Shown here: positions 41,165-56,527 of the stretch, in pieces
Numbering within the stretch: position 1 is the first letter of the stretch
How the letters are laid out: the number at the start of each line of letters is the position of its first letter
Assembly: GCA_964016885.1 (NCBI GenBank)
Contig: OZ024747.1
Coordinates: 78,678,001-78,742,000, forward strand
Origin: Eledone cirrhosa
Taxonomy: Eukaryota
Length of the DNA: 64,000 nucleotides
Direction of reading: 5' to 3'
The notes under the pieces: generated by a model
The model's input: only the letters and a program-made list of their open reading frames with translations
Database searches by the model: none
Told to the model about the DNA's origin: nothing
Program-made: the position numbers and the translations under genes

Positions 41165-42270
41165 TACCAATACACATAATAAAGGTTGTAAACGTAAATA
41201 ATTTTAGAATTGGTTATAAACTAATCAGAAAGATATCAAGTTTTATTGACTTTAATCTGTTTACATAGAATTGATATATGAGGAATAAAGCACAACTGTT
41301 GAGTTTAACAGATGTCAACAAATGCATCATATATCAGGAATGCCCACAAGAGATTTTAATTAATATTCAGTGCTACTACCATGATAAAATGCACCCAGGA
41401 CCAAACCTGTTGCCAGGCTTTAGTGTTTGTAGGAGCCTCAGAACTTTCTAGGTGTGCACTCTAATTCAAAATAATTTGAAGGTAGAGTTTCAGAATAAGC
41501 ATATCACTGTAAATATGAGGGTGGACCATTGATAAGTCAAGTAGTACTGGCATCCAGTGCCCCATCCCTCTGGTGATAAGACCATCCAGCACACTCAGTG
41601 AAGTCCTTGTGTTGGTGTCACAATAACATGCACCTAATACAATCTGTAAAGTAGTTGGTATTAGAAAGGGCATCCCGCTGTAGAAAACATGCTAAAACGT
41701 ATGAGTAAGATGTTTTTTTACCCTTCTAATCTCAGGCTTTACTGATTTGTCAAGCATGGGAAGCAGACAAAGAATGTTGCTGATGATGATTATGTTGTAA
41801 TTAACAATAACACTATGTTTTTTAGACAAGACCTCCCTAACATTTCTTGACTTAGCTAGACTAACTACAAAATTGTATGAACTAATCTAGAAATTAAACC
41901 TGGTACAGAAACTAGAATTGTGATTCTAGGTACAGACATAGCTGTGTGGTTAACAAGTTCACATCACAACTGTGTGGTCTTGATTTCAATCTCACTGCAT
42001 GACACCATGGGAAAGTGTCTTCCACTATAGCCTCAATTTGGCCAATGCCATGCGAGTGGATGTGTCACAGGTGTGTGTGCGTGTGGGGTGTGGGGGTGTC
42101 TGTGTTTGCATGCATGTGTGGGTGTGTATGTGTGTGTGTTCTTCCCGTCTCTCCACATTCAACATTGTAAGCAGTGATATTTATTTATGTTCTGCGTAAA
42201 CAGAGATCCCACTGCTCAGTGGTTGGACATACAACGATATCAATACCTTACTTTAAACACAAAAAAGAAA

Positions 42271-42301
<31 letters not shown>

Positions 42302-42617
42302 CAAGGGTTGGCATTACGAAGAGTACCCAGATGCAGAATTCTGCTTCAAAAAGTCTCATCCAACCAACGGCAGTATGGAAAAATGTATTGTAAACTGATG
42401 AAGATGATAACGATAATAAACTATAGCAGCTCATGAAAGAACTAGCTGACTGAATGATGGTATTGACAGAGAAGAACGTATATTCATGTTACTATGGAAA
42501 ACACAAGGAACAATAAGATCAATTTGTAGGAGAACAGTTACTGGTATTAACATTCTCAGGATAACAGAGTAAATGTAATTAAAAAATAAGTGTTTGATAA
42601 TACTTCTCTATACATCA

Positions 42618-42839
42618 TTAACTCTTAACATTCTGTAAGATTTTAGCAAAAAATATCTAAAAACAGGTTTAATTCAAATGTTCATGGTCTCTTTACTAGT
42701 GGGGAGATCTTTGTGAAAATTCAATAGTAAACTGAGGTAAAACCTTTAATTTTCTATGTGATGCAGACAGTGCTGTTTTATACTTTTCAAGAATGTATTG
42801 CTAATGTAGTTTCATGTGGTACAGGATGTTAAGAGTTAA
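42618..42839. mobile_element. TTAA-flanked MITE family 2
   Basis: TTAA-CTCTTAACATTCTGTA ... TACAGGATGTTAAGAG-TTAA (15/16 TIR match). Other copies near 3468-3628, 16778-17000, 39285-39485, 40460-40620, 57186-57405 and 59378-59601. Confidence 0.75.
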
Positions 42840-45800
42840 TTAAATTTAAATATTCAGAGACCAACTGAAGTATAATAAATGTAGACCATCTGGGCCAAAA
42901 ATTAATATATTAATGATGAAATGTTGAGTTACACACCTACACTAATATAAATATATTTTTATGTGAAGTATAAGCAACGTGAACAATGCCATAACACTAT
43001 TTCTATGTTAGTAATAAAGTTGTAAATCTGATCAATATTGAGCCTGTCAATAGATATTACTAAAAACAGTGACTAAACTTTAACTGAGCTATATTCATAG
43101 AAATACTTTTTACATATGTTATATAGACTAATTGATAAATATAAAACATTCAGACAACTAATTATAAATGGTCGAAGAACATTCACCTTTTTGTTATCAT
43201 ATTTCTAATGAAATACACAGCTAATGTATTTCAATTAGTGTTTTTTAAATCAGGAATTTGAAGGAATTTAATAAAATAACTTTTTAATAAGTAAAATGAT
43301 GCTTACAACATTAATTAACAAACATTTCTTAAATAAAATTATGTTGGAATATTTTAATATAGCTCTGAACATTTTAAGTTTTGTATCGTAATAAAACAAG
43401 GACAGTTTGAAGCAGTTTGGTATCAAAAAGGTTAATCCAGATTTTGGTATTAAAAATAAAAGCATATAGACTGCCCATAGAGCTTAACTCCTTGGCAAGA
43501 AATACCAGGAGGCAGTTCTAGTTATCTACTACCACTGACAAACTATTATTACTTATAGATACAGAGTTCTGAAAATATATGATGCCTATTCTGGTGATGT
43601 AGTAAATGTTTTTAAGTCTATATGCAAGATTGATTTAAACAAAATCATGGCTAGACTAAGTAAATATTAAATTGAAGTAAATGAAATATTTTTGAAGGAA
43701 TTTCAGGTCATAAATTCGATGAATGTATTTAATATTGAAACACCATAACTGAACCTGAATGATACAAATATAAATATTTCACAAATGTAAATATATCTAA
43801 TAAATATCAATATAGTCAATAAACACAAAATAAATTCTCTAATATTGATCAGAATTGCTAGAAATAGATGTTAAAATAATAAAAGAAAAAAGAAATGGAA
43901 TCTCAGATTTGATGTATATCTGATTATGTAAAAGAAAATCCTTTTATTCAATTAAATAAACAAAATGTAGCAAATTTTATATCAAAATCTGCTATCTTGA
44001 ATGTTTGTAATAAAAAGTAATTCCATGGATCTAAGGATAAGCAATTGAGAACTTGGTATCCTAGGATTATGTAGTTAGATCTTTTACTTAAAAGATGTAA
44101 GAACCAAACAGTCAACTCAGTACTCAATCTAAAAGCAAATTACAATCTAAAAACATACATAAAACTTAATATAAAACAATGTAAAATATTCCCACAGATT
44201 ATATATTTTATATTCTTTTAAATCTCAGACCAGAACTTTGTTTTCAATTTCAGGTACTGTAAATTGATCAAAGTCTTTTAGTATATTTTCAAGTAAGCTC
44301 TTAAATATAAACAAACTAATACGATAGAACAATATTCCTTTTAGAAGCTAACTTAGAAGAGAATCTACAGTGACATCATATTTTCTAGTGTATAAGTTGC
44401 AGTTTTTTAGAAACATAGAATAATTTTCATCTTAGGAGAAAATTTAATTTTAAATAATTGATGTATAATTAATTAGTTTCAATTCAGTTTATCATTAAAA
44501 TTATTTTATCAATAAAAAATAAGTGTTCTAGGGCATATTTCCCAGCTAAAGCGGGGATTAACCTTGTGGGGACTCATAACAGGTTTAACCCTACTCATCA
44601 TGAAACCCTTTCTAAGGCAATGTTTTATGACCAGATGTCCTTCAGGGCACCAATCTTTTAGTTGCCTCTTACACCACACAGGGATATACCTAATAGACAG
44701 TAACAACTACATAAGAATGAGTAGCAAGAATCAACATTAATGTCATGCAAATTATAATTGCAGAGTGCCATATATTCAACACCTCTCTAGATAACAAACT
44801 TTTCAAGCCAACAAATGAAGCCTCTTACTAGAAATAATAACCATATCTCTAACAAATCACTCTTTGCCATCTTAGAAAATGAAGATCAGAATGAATAATT
44901 CTGTCCCAGACTTATAATTAAATTAATAAAATAAAACAGGAAAGACATGCCTGGAATGACTTGGGGGTCAAACAACAAACTTTATAGTTATTTCTCACAA
45001 AGTCAAGTCTATGTTATATATAAGAAAACCACCAAGATTCACAACTCCCTCAATGATATGCTGTAAAGTTCAACCTCTTCAAATTATAAATAATATACAA
45101 CAGAGGCAATATGAGGTAGAGAGGACTCTTCAGTTTGGCTGAAAATATAATAACCTCTCTAGTGTGCCATGATAAAAACACTCAGTACACTCTGTATAGT
45201 GGTTGGCATTAGCAAAGGCATCTAGCTATAGAAAACATGCCAGAATATGGAACACATGAGGAAGGTGTGGTTCCCTAGCTAGTCTAGTCTCAGACAGTGA
45301 CAAATGGTCCAACCCTTGCTAACATGGGAAGCAGACATAAAATGATTATGATGATACAGCATTCCTTCACTTCACCATAATACATCATTAGTATCACCAA
45401 AATTCTCTAGACAACCTCTTAACAACTCCAATCATACATTTACAATTAAAATACTGAATTCTTATGAGCAGACCATAACTTTAGACTAATTTGTCATTGC
45501 CTAGTTTTGGCAGCATATTAAATTCTTTCACATTTCATGCAACAAAACTAACATACCACATACAAACTAAAGACAGAAATTCCAGTTTATATGATGATGA
45601 TGATGTACATGTTTGTAGTTTTCACAGAACACTGAGTATAAATACTAACTAAAACAGAGGATTATAATTATTATTAAAAAAAATTTTTTTTCATTGTTTA
45701 GTCAGGGAAGGTTAGTGCTCCAGTCTCTTTTCAAGGCCCCTCAGATTGGTGGGAGGGGAAGGAAACCTTACTCAAATGCTTGCAACAAAGTGGGCTCTGC

Positions 45801-47139
45801 TAAAGACAGCCAATGTTCAGGTGGTGGTGTTAAAGCATGTGAGCAATTCAGTCTACCACCCAAATTTGTCACAGTGGATTTGAACTCACATGGCAAAATA
45901 CTGGAACAAATACTACAAGGTATACTGAGGCTCTAACAATTCTGCCAACCCACTGCTTCAGACTGATACTTTATTTTATCAATCCTGAAAGGCAATAGTG
46001 GACCTCAGTTTGGGATTTGAATTCAGATCACATAGAACTGAAACAAATACCATTTTTTCTTATACTCTAACAATTCTGCTAACTCACCACCTTTCTCATC
46101 TTTTTTCAATCATATCAGAGCAAAACTGATAGGGGTTGTCAGAAAAAACAAAAGTTGGTAATAAATACAAGGTTTCTCTTTAAAAAGAAAATACATAATC
46201 AAATAGACTGTAGCATATAACTGGTACTTATTTTATCAATCCATCAATCTAACCCCAAACTTGAGGAGAAGAACAGCAGAGGGTGGAACAGGAACTCACA
46301 GATGTTAAACATCAAGTTCATGTCCAACACACTACATTACATGCAATCCTTAAGGGAGGAACATTTTTCTTTTAAATCTTACAAACACAGGAAGCTTGGA
46401 ACATTTTTAGGGAATGGGAAATTAAAAAAAAAAAAATAATAAAAAAAAAAATCGACAATATTCATAACTTTCCCAAGGATATTAGTGACATAAGTGAAGC
46501 CATTCCAACTATGATGTGACATTAAGTCCTTCACTGGGACATAGAAATAAGAAAAAAAATAAAAATAATAATAAATGTTTGTGCAATTATGTTATAATAG
46601 AAATGGTATTTTAACTTTCCAGCTTTAATAACCAGTTGCTAGAATGAAAGGTTGTGTCTATTAAAAGAATAATTTCATAACTGAAATGTAGAACAAAACA
46701 TAAATTATTTAATGAAAGAAGAAAAAAAAAACAATAATAAATAAAATTGAAAAAATAAAATAAAATATAAACTTTAACTTTTCAGTCAATGTAAAATAAA
46801 AGTTAGAGGGGTAAGCTGTAAAATAGTAATGTTAAATTAACGAGCTGAAATATAAGATTTTTGAGATTAACAAAAAGAAAATATAACGTGAGATTTTAAC
46901 AATTATTTGCAAATGTAAGAGAAGAATTACATTAGAAGACAATAAATTATGAAAGTAGATTGAATTATGTCAAACTAGAGATTATGAATTTGATAAAAAT
47001 CAGAAAGAGGGCCTTTGACAAGTTCTGGCTATAATTATTAGTGCTGTCTTGACATATTGATTAGTTTTGTAGTAATTTTTCAGTGAACCAGGTTTATGAT
47101 ATGAAACAATTTATTCTCTCTCTCTCTTTCTCCATATAT

Positions 47140-47400
47140 CATCATTATCGTTTAACATCCATCTTCCACGCTAGCATGGGTTGGACGGGTTTGTCCCACT
47201 TGAGGTAAGATTGGTCAGGTGACTGTGTCTCGCTTGTATAGAACTGTTCCTGGCAGGTTTTCTATGGCTGGATGCCCTTCCTAACACAAACCACATTTAC
47301 AGTGTGGACTGGGAGCCTTTTTACTGTGTCACCTACATGACCACTTTACAGCGTGGACTGGGTGCTTTTTGTCGTGACACCTACACGGCCACCTGACAGT
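47140..47400 (-). mobile_element. Older SINE/LINE-tail family sharing the (TGA)n 3' end with family B
   Basis: (CAT)n-CGTTTAACATCC...CCACGCTAGCATGGGTTGGAC...GGATGCCCTTCCTAAC. Other copies near 4000-4205, 24353-24600, 37007-37115, 41600-41790, 45120-45355, 49320-49500, 56101-56265 and 62026-62160. Confidence 0.65.
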
Positions 47401-47857
47401 GGACGGGGGTGGGAAGATGGCGTAGGGTGTGTGGGTTGGGTGCATATTGGGTTAAGAGGTGCCTACTGTAGAATTAAGTTCTGTAGGTTTAAGTTCATAT
47501 GTAAGGGAATGCAGGCCATAGTTTCATTCTTAGAAAGTTCCCTCCCCAGGTACAAGCCAGAGTAAGGTGTTTTTGTAGAAGACCAGTTGTCACCCATAAA
47601 TACCAGTCTCCCTTCTCCATACCACCAATGTTGTCTAAAGGAAAAAACCCATACAACGTGGAACCAATGCCAAGTTGTATTGGCCTTTTCCCTTAGACTG
47701 CTGCTAGCAGGGTTGGACAACTCTTCACAGATAAAATTGTACTTAACTGGAGATAATGACCTCTCAGATGAAATAAAGTATTGTGCTCAAGATCACAACA
47801 CATAACCCAGTCCAGGAATTGAATCCATGACATTATGATTCTAAGTCCAATAAGCAA

Positions 47858-48283
47858 GGTGAATTGGCAGCAACGGTAGAGGGTGTCGGACACCATGCTT
47901 TCCAGCATAGTTACCTCCCTTTACAGTCTGAGTTCAAATCCCGTCGAAGTTAACTTTGCCTTTCATCCTTACGGGGGTCGATAAAGTAAAGTACCAGTAA
48001 TGTACTGGGTTATTGCTGGCCTTGTGCCAAAAGTAGAAACAATTATTATTGGCAATATCGGTAGAGTGTCAGACACCATGCTTTGCAGCATAGAGTTACA
48101 GCCCTTTATGATCTGAGTTCAAATCCTGCCGAGGTTAACTTTGCCTTTCATCCTTACGGGGTCGATAAAATAAAGTACCAGTCACGCACTGGGGTCGATT
48201 TAATTGACTTTCTCCTCCCCCAAAATTGCTGGCCTTGTGCCTATTTAAGAAACCATTATTATTATTATTATTATTATTATTAG
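47858..48283 (+). mobile_element. Two tandem SINE family A copies with (ATT)n tail
   Basis: A-box-like TGGCAGCAACGGTAGA, B-box GAGTTCAAATCCC, central domain, 3' GGCCTTGTGCCAAAAGTAGAAAC(AAT)n. Second copy starts near 48049. Confidence 0.88.
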
Positions 48284-49536
48284 TAGTAGTAGTAGTAGTG
48301 ATAAAACAAATACAATTCTACAGTAAGTACTTAGCTGTTACTGAAACTAAATCCATGACTCAATTTTCCTGCCTAACTGAAATTGGTTCTTTTATTTTTT
48401 TTACTAAATCTATGTGAAAAACTGTAAACACCCCAACACTTCATTCCTCTGTAAGTCTTAAATATGTTTAAGTAATAAACAACTCTTTCTAATTAAGGAA
48501 CAAATCCAGTTACTCGTGTGGAGGGAAAAGGTGATTATATTGACTCCTAGTACTTTACTGCTATGTTTTATCAATCTCAGATGTTGACTTCAGCAGGATT
48601 TGAACTCAGAATGTAAAGAGCCAAAACAAATACCGTAAAGCATTTTATCTGATGCTCTAATAATTCTGCTAATCCACTGGTTTGTTTAATAAAGTCAGAT
48701 TTGTTCAGAATAACTTATTAACCCTTTTATTATCTAATTTCTAATGAAATACACTCTATTTCGATTAATGAGTTTATAAAATTATGCTGGAAGATTTTAA
48801 TTTAAATAAGAATAGGTCATAGGATCAGAGACTGTTTTGGGTCAGTTAGTATCAAAAGGGTTAAAGAATCTTATTGGGATAATGTGAAGTAGAAGGCATG
48901 ATAAAATATTATTAAGAAAAGAAAATGAAAGTGGTCAAGGCATGTGGCAGGAAAAAATGACAACAGATGAACATAGCTATTTGCAGAATGGAAATTGAGG
49001 GGGAACAGGTTCATGTAGTTGAAAAAGACAGCAAACAAGCTACAGAGATGAGAACTGCACAGGATGGAAACAGAACCAGCATAGATAGGCTCTCACCTTG
49101 CAGTGGGCTGATAATAGGTGGAAATGATGATGAATAATGTCAGGAACAAAACTAATGAATGCACCAATCTGTTACAACCAATTTGTTTTTCATCGGGCTC
49201 AATTGCAACAATTTTCTATGCTAAATATTCATTCACTGGTTAGAAACACACACAAATGTTAGTGGTGATGAAAAAAATGTTTATGTTAGCTTGTTTTTCT
49301 ATCAAACATATTTTAGGCATCATCATTTTCATGTTTACATGGGTTAAATATGAGTTGTTATATTCTGAATCTAGACAGGTCAGATGACTGTACCATGCTC
49401 ATATGTTTCATCCTGGTCTGGTTTCAACAGTTGGATGCCCTTCCTAATACCAAGCACTACATGGCATGTATCAGGTGTATTTTATCATGGCACTAACACT
49501 ACCATAGGGCACTTGTGATATCATCACCATTATTTA

Positions 49537-49643
<107 letters not shown>

Positions 49644-50093
49644 TGTGTGCGTATAACATTTCAAATAGAAGAGATTTCTACAGGACTAGTAGTTTTATTC
49701 AGAAAGCCAGTTAATCATAGTTAGTATCATGGCTAGTGCACCATTTACACAGGCTTCTTGCAGTTAGTGTTAATGGGAGGGGGTCACAGGTTCATCTTGG
49801 AGTAATAGCTCCAGATAGGAGCCTGGATGTAGAGGGTAGTGTTAACTACCCTCTCTACTTCATGTACTGAGTCCATTAATTTACATGTGCTCTCCTGTTC
49901 TTTAATGGAAAACTATTCTACACACACACACACTAAATTTATCCTTACTAAATTTGATAACCCCTTTTGTTGCTATATTTCTAATAAATGACATTGCCGA
50001 AATTTTGAAAATAATCAAGAATTTCCACCATCTTTCTTATTATTCAGTTGGTGTTTGGGATATAACTTAGCAAGGGTTCTTACATAAAATAAT

Positions 50094-50479
50094 TGTTTCT
50101 ATTTTAGGCACAAGGCAGCAATTATCCAGTACATTACTGGTACTTTATTTTATCGACCCCGTAAGGATGAAAGGCAAAGTTAACCTCGGCGGGATTTGAA
50201 CTCAGATCATAAAGGGACGTAACTCTATGCTTCAAAGCATGGTGTCCGACTCTCTACCGATACTGCCAATCCACCGCCGTTCTTACATAAAATAATTGTT
50301 TCTACTTTTGGCACAAGGCCAGCAATTACCCAGTACATTACTGGTACTTTATTTTATCGACCCCGTAAAGATGAAAGGCAAAGTTAACCTCGGCGGGATT
50401 TGAACTCAGAATGATAAGGGCCATAACTCTATGCGTCAAAGCATGGCATCCGACTTTCTACCGATACTGCCAATCCACC
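50094..50479 (-). mobile_element. Tandem pair of SINE family A copies with triplicated target site, nested in a TTAA-type MITE
   Basis: gttcttacataaaataat occurs at 50076-50093, 50279-50296 and 50480-50497. Confidence 0.9.
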
Positions 50480-51247
50480 GTTCTTACATAAAATAATGAA
50501 AGGTTTTTAGACAGAAATACTTTAAAATTAACAGCTTTGTATCACAGAACCAGGAGTGGTTTTCTATCAAAAAGGTTAAACAATTAACCAGCATTTAATG
50601 CGAGTTATTACAAACACCATATCTAATATATATAAAGCCCAGACCTCCCCGCTCTTCTTTTTAAATTTATATAACATTGAAGAAATGAAGTGTTATTTCT
50701 TCATGCAACAATAATTTGTTAGAATTAAAATGGAGCAATTATTGCCAGTAAAACATAGAATAATTGATGCAAATTATAAATTTTTTAGAGTCATTCAACT
50801 CCAATTAGTATAACAAACATATATCATTTTTATTTTTGTTAATGTGCCTTAACACATAAGACATAATTAAAAAATATTACACATGAATACTTTTATATTA
50901 GCACAAACTAAATGGTTCAGAAAATATTAATAGTTACAGTAATTGTATTTTTTCCTGAAACAAACCTACTTTGAAATCAAAATGGTACTTATTTTATAGC
51001 TAGGCTTTTAGAGACAAGCACATTCATGTGTTTGTATGTTGGAGAAAGAGAGGTCTTTTTAACATAAATATGAAGCCACAGTCTTGTATGGATGAAGAGA
51101 TGGTTGCATTGTGACACTGCTGCCTCTTCCATGGAAATAAGTCATGTAAGATAAACAATTTAAATTGGGAATTAAAGCTGAAATACAGGCTTGGTTTGCT
51201 GAAAACATAACTACATCATAACACCCACTCAACTGCACATATACACT

Positions 51248-51316
<69 letters not shown>

Positions 51317-51978
51317 GCCCTGTAAAACTGTTAAAATCACAACAAAAACAGAGTAAATGATACAGTCTTCTATTGGACATACACTACTTTAACAACTTGC
51401 GTAATTTCATCACATAAAAATTTATGGCACATTATTAATTTTCCAAGTCCTGTTAAAAGTAATAAATGGTTGCTATCATCATGATTTTTCCAGAAAAATC
51501 AATAAGCTTTAGTTTGTTAATACACAATTCAGTCAACTATAGTGAGAAAAAACCAGCTTTTTTATACTCATTTATTTTTATATTATATTCAGTATATTTA
51601 AAACTTTGACAGAAATATTCTTGTTTATTTAGTTTCCTTTCTTCTGAATTATGCGAACAAATTGAACATAAGTCCTTTTAATTAAGCTTTGGTGTATTGC
51701 ATGATTTTAGATATAAGCCCAAGTAATTTATAATACAGACTACATAAAGATAGGTTATTGGTCCTAAATAGAAATAGTAGTTATTAATGAACTTGTAGAC
51801 TAGTTTGTTGGTTAGATAAGCTCTACATATATTGCAGTGGAACTAAGGATAAATGTTAGAATAAAACCAGAAATAAATCTGAGTGAGTTCAGAGAAACAT
51901 TTAAATATAAATTACAAGAACACTTCAATGTAAATCCACTGTGATGATTCATTCTGTATATGAGTAATTTACAATTGC

Positions 51979-52533
51979 TATATATATATATATAAATATA
52001 TAATATAATATATATATATAATATAAATATATAAGATAATATATATATATAATATAATATATATATAATATAAATATATAATATAAATATATAATATAAT
52101 ATATATATATAATATAATATATATATATAATATAATATATATATAATATAATATATATATATAATATAATATATATATATAATATATAATATATATATAT
52201 ATATATATTATATAATATATATATATATATATTATATAATATATATATATATATATTATGTAATATATATATATATATATATATTATATAATATATATAT
52301 ATTATATATATATATTATATAATATATATATATATATATATATATTATATAATATATATATATATTATATATATATATTATATAATATATATATATATAT
52401 TATATAATATATATATATATATAATATATATTATATAATATATATATATATATATATATATTATATAATATATATATATATATATTATATAATATATATA
52501 TATATATATTATATAATATATATATATATATAT

Positions 52534-52571
<38 letters not shown>

Positions 52572-52711
52572 ATATATATATATAATATATATATTATATA
52601 ATATATATATATATATTATATAATATATATATATATAATATATATTATATATATATATATAATATATATATTATATATATATATAATATATATATTATAT
52701 ATATATATAAT

Positions 52712-52768
<57 letters not shown>

Positions 52769-52827
52769 TATATATAATATATATATATATATATAATATA
52801 TATATATATATATAATATATATATTAT

Positions 52828-52905
<78 letters not shown>

Positions 52906-52918
52906 ATATATATATTAT

Positions 52919-52950
<32 letters not shown>

Positions 52951-52963
52951 ATATATATATTAT

Positions 52964-52995
<32 letters not shown>

Positions 52996-53091
52996 ATATA
53001 TATATTATATATATATATTATATATATATATATTATATATTATATATATATATATTATATATATATATATATATTATATATATATATATAT

Positions 53092-53144
<53 letters not shown>

Positions 53145-53194
53145 ATATATAATATATATATATATAATATATAATATATATATATATATTATAT

Positions 53195-53226
<32 letters not shown>

Positions 53227-53260
53227 ATATATATATATATAATATATATATATATAATAT

Positions 53261-53292
<32 letters not shown>

Positions 53293-53371
53293 ATATATAA
53301 TATATATATATATATATAATATATATATATATATATAATATATATATATATATATAATATATATATATATA

Positions 53372-53416
<45 letters not shown>

Positions 53417-53506
53417 ATATATATATATATATATATATAATATAATATATAATATATATATATATATAATATAATATATATATAATATAATATATATATA
53501 TATAAT
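51979..53506. repeat. About 1.5-kb almost pure A/T (TA)n-derived tract
   Basis: (TA)n with periodic AA/TT phase shifts and almost no G or C. Confidence 0.97.
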
Positions 53507-53850
53507 GGAGGCATATGGCTTAGTGGTTAGAGCATTGGCCTTGCAATCGAAAGGTTGTGAGTTCAATTCTCAGACCGGGTGATGTGTTGTTTCCTTGAGC
53601 AAGAGACTTTATTTCACATTGCTCCAGTTTACTCAGCTGTAGAAATGAGATGATAGGGACTGGAGTCTATCATTCCACTGCAAAGTGGTCGTGGAGGTGC
53701 CATGCCACGGCAAAAAAGCACCCAGCACTCACTGTAAATGAGGCTGGTGTTATGAAGGGCATCCAGCTGTAGAAATCATGCCAGAATCAGTTCCCGTCCC
53801 ACCCTTGCAAGCAGGGAAAAGCGGACGTAAAATGAAATCATGAATGATGA
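53507..53850 (+). mobile_element. tRNA-derived SINE family B, full length
   Basis: A box TGGCTTAGTGG, B box GAGTTCAATTC, CORE-like TTCCTTGAGCAAGAGACTT, tail AAGGGCATCCAGCTGTAGAAA...GGACGTAAAA(TGA)n. Flanked by (TA)n. Confidence 0.9.
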
Positions 53851-55124
53851 TATCTATATATATATATATTATATATATATATATATTGTCATAACTGGCA
53901 TTGATAAATTGGTAATCTGAAATTAAAATGTATTATGAAAAGGAGTTTTGTTATAGTATTATATAGCCAGCTACACTCAATTTATAATTGAACTATTCTT
54001 TAACCCTTCTGTTGCCATATTTCTAAGGAAATATGTTCCTTATAATTTTCAAGCAATTTTGAAAATAGTCAAGAATTTTTGTAAAATTTAGTAAAATAAA
54101 TTTTATCATTTTTAAGTCGATGTTTGAAGCATAACAAAATTTCCTTGCATAAAATTATGATGTGGTAGAAAGTAAAACGAACTCTTCAAAATAAATGCTT
54201 TGTATCTTAGAACAAGGAGTGGTTTCAGGTGGTTTGTATCTAAACTAGTAATATTTCCTGCCTCGGAACTTTAGAAATGTGCCAACTTCCTCTGTCCACC
54301 TTGTAAAACTATGAAGAATGTAAATAAAAATGTCTCTCTTATTTTAATCATAATGAGAAATGTTTTAAATGAGGAAAAAAAAACCAGCGTAACCCTTTCA
54401 TTATACCATATTTCTAATGAAAGATGCTGCTTATCATTTTAAAATAATTTTGAAAATAATAATAAAAAAATTAGTAAAATAATAAAATTTCCCATTATTA
54501 AGCTAATGTTTAAAATAAACAGTTTTATATCATAGAACTAGGGGCAGTCTTGGGAAATTTGGTAAAAAAAGAGTTGAGATAATTCAAATCTAAATGGAGT
54601 GTATCAAAGTTATTTCTGGCTTAAGTATAAAAATTAAAAATAAAACAAAGTGACTTGTCTCTCAACAAACCGGAATGTCTGAAAGAGGATAACATAAACC
54701 ATAGTAACCGGTAATTTAGAATCTTGTTCAGTCAGTCAGTGTGCCTTTAACAAGGAATTTGAGAATGTATATAAAAATAAAAAATTGTTTATCATTTTTT
54801 TTTTAAAAGTAAGACATGTTAGAAAGCAAAATATATTTCAAAAGTGGTAGTACTAACAATAAAATGGCGTTTTATTTGGACATTTTTTTGTCATTAAAGT
54901 TTCTTTTATTGTCTGCCAGCCTAAGATAAGCAGTCTTCAAGGAAAAACAACAAAATAAATACAAAAAGAAAGAAAAATATTCCAAAACTAATTATCTACA
55001 TGTCTTTAAAATATAATTTGATATGTATATATATATATATATATTTTATACATACATACATGTATACTCATATATACATACACACACACACGTGTGTGTG
55101 TGTATGTATCTGTGTGTATATATG

Positions 55125-55698
55125 TATATGTTGATTGCTACTTGTCAGAAGAGTGCCATCCTTTCATTAAACATTACACGATCAGGTACGCGCAGGTGAC
55201 TTTTCAGAGCTGCTTTTCTTTTTCAGGTATGTTCACAGATGTGACACTTGAACTCTTAGCAATACCGGCTGGGATGTGTCTTTGTGCATTCTACCCTGTC
55301 TAATCAATCTACCAGTAACTTGAAAATTAAGCCACATTCACTGCAAATGTACCGTAGAATGCATGTCAGGAGAAGCATCTTACAAGTGGCTTAATTTCTC
55401 CCTGGCTCATGTGGCTTTAGATAGTCGGCAAATCCACCTCTTGATAGAAGAAATCGACCACATGCATTGCATCTTAATTCCTGCTGGATTTTTGCAGGCA
55501 CTGTATTTGGGTCCCACTAGAGTGAATGCTTCAAAGCAGCATGCTCCAATTGCTTTTTCTCAAAGACATCACATCCATACTTGATGATCATTCTCATTGG
55601 CCTTTCGCCAATGTCTCCCAGTTCTCCATATCAATCTTCAGAGATTTAAAATTCTCTTTTATGACATCCCTAAACTAATTCTTCGGTTTAGGGACATC
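55125..55698 (-). mobile_element. Degenerate RTE LINE 3' fragment
   Basis: Minus strand gives KPKN*FRDVIKENFKSLKIDMENWETLA...IKYGCDVFEKKQLEHAALK and YICSECGLIFK, resembling an RTE ORF C-terminus, with stops. Confidence 0.65.
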
Positions 55699-55716
55699 AT
55701 AAATGTATATATTTTA

Positions 55717-56065
55717 TCATTTCATTTTACGTCCGCTTTTCCCTGCTTGCAAGGGTGGGACGAGAACTGATTCTGGCTTGATTTCTACAGCTGGATGCCC
55801 TTCCTAACATCAACCTCATTTACAGTGAGTGGTGGGTTCCTTTTTTACGTGGCGCCTACACGTCCACTTTACAGTATTGGCTGGGTGCTTTTTTGCCGTG
55901 GCACCTCCACGACCACTTTGCAGTGGAATGATAGGGACCCCAGTCCCTATAATCTCATTTCTACAGCTAAAGTGTCTTGCTCAAGGAAACAACACATCAT
56001 CCAGTCTGAGAATTGAACTCACAACCTTTCGATTGCAAGGCCACTAACCACTAAGCCATGTGCCT

Positions 56066-56067
<2 letters not shown>
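55717..56067 (-). mobile_element. SINE family B with internal duplication
   Basis: Same family. The segment tttacagt...cgtggc.cct.cacg.ccacttt is present twice, with a small deletion in the core. Confidence 0.88.
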
Positions 56068-56103
<36 letters not shown>

Positions 56104-56483
56104 TCATCACTGTTTAATGTCTATTTTTCCACACTAGCAGCATGGGTTAGACAAATTGTCCCATTGTGAGACAAGCCAAATCACATGACTGATTTGGGCT
56201 TGGTCTCTATGGGTGGATGCCTTTCCTAACGCCTTTACAGTCTGGACTGGGTGCTTTTTGTCCTGACATAAATATATATAATTGATGTAAGATATATACT
56301 GGCATAAGTTTCATAGGTTACAAATATTATTTGATGACATACCTCTATATTGAGTAAAAAGATAATTTACTTTATTTTTTATCAACATAGGCAAGTTTTG
56401 CCGGCTGTTTACAACTGTCTTATTGAGAACAGACAGTTAGTGAAACTTATATTACAACTAACTGCCTATATTGATATAAAATA

Positions 56484-56527
<44 letters not shown>

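Noticed and set aside
53507-53580. tRNA gene
   Set aside because: A and B boxes are present, but it is the head of a multicopy SINE and has no complete acceptor stem.
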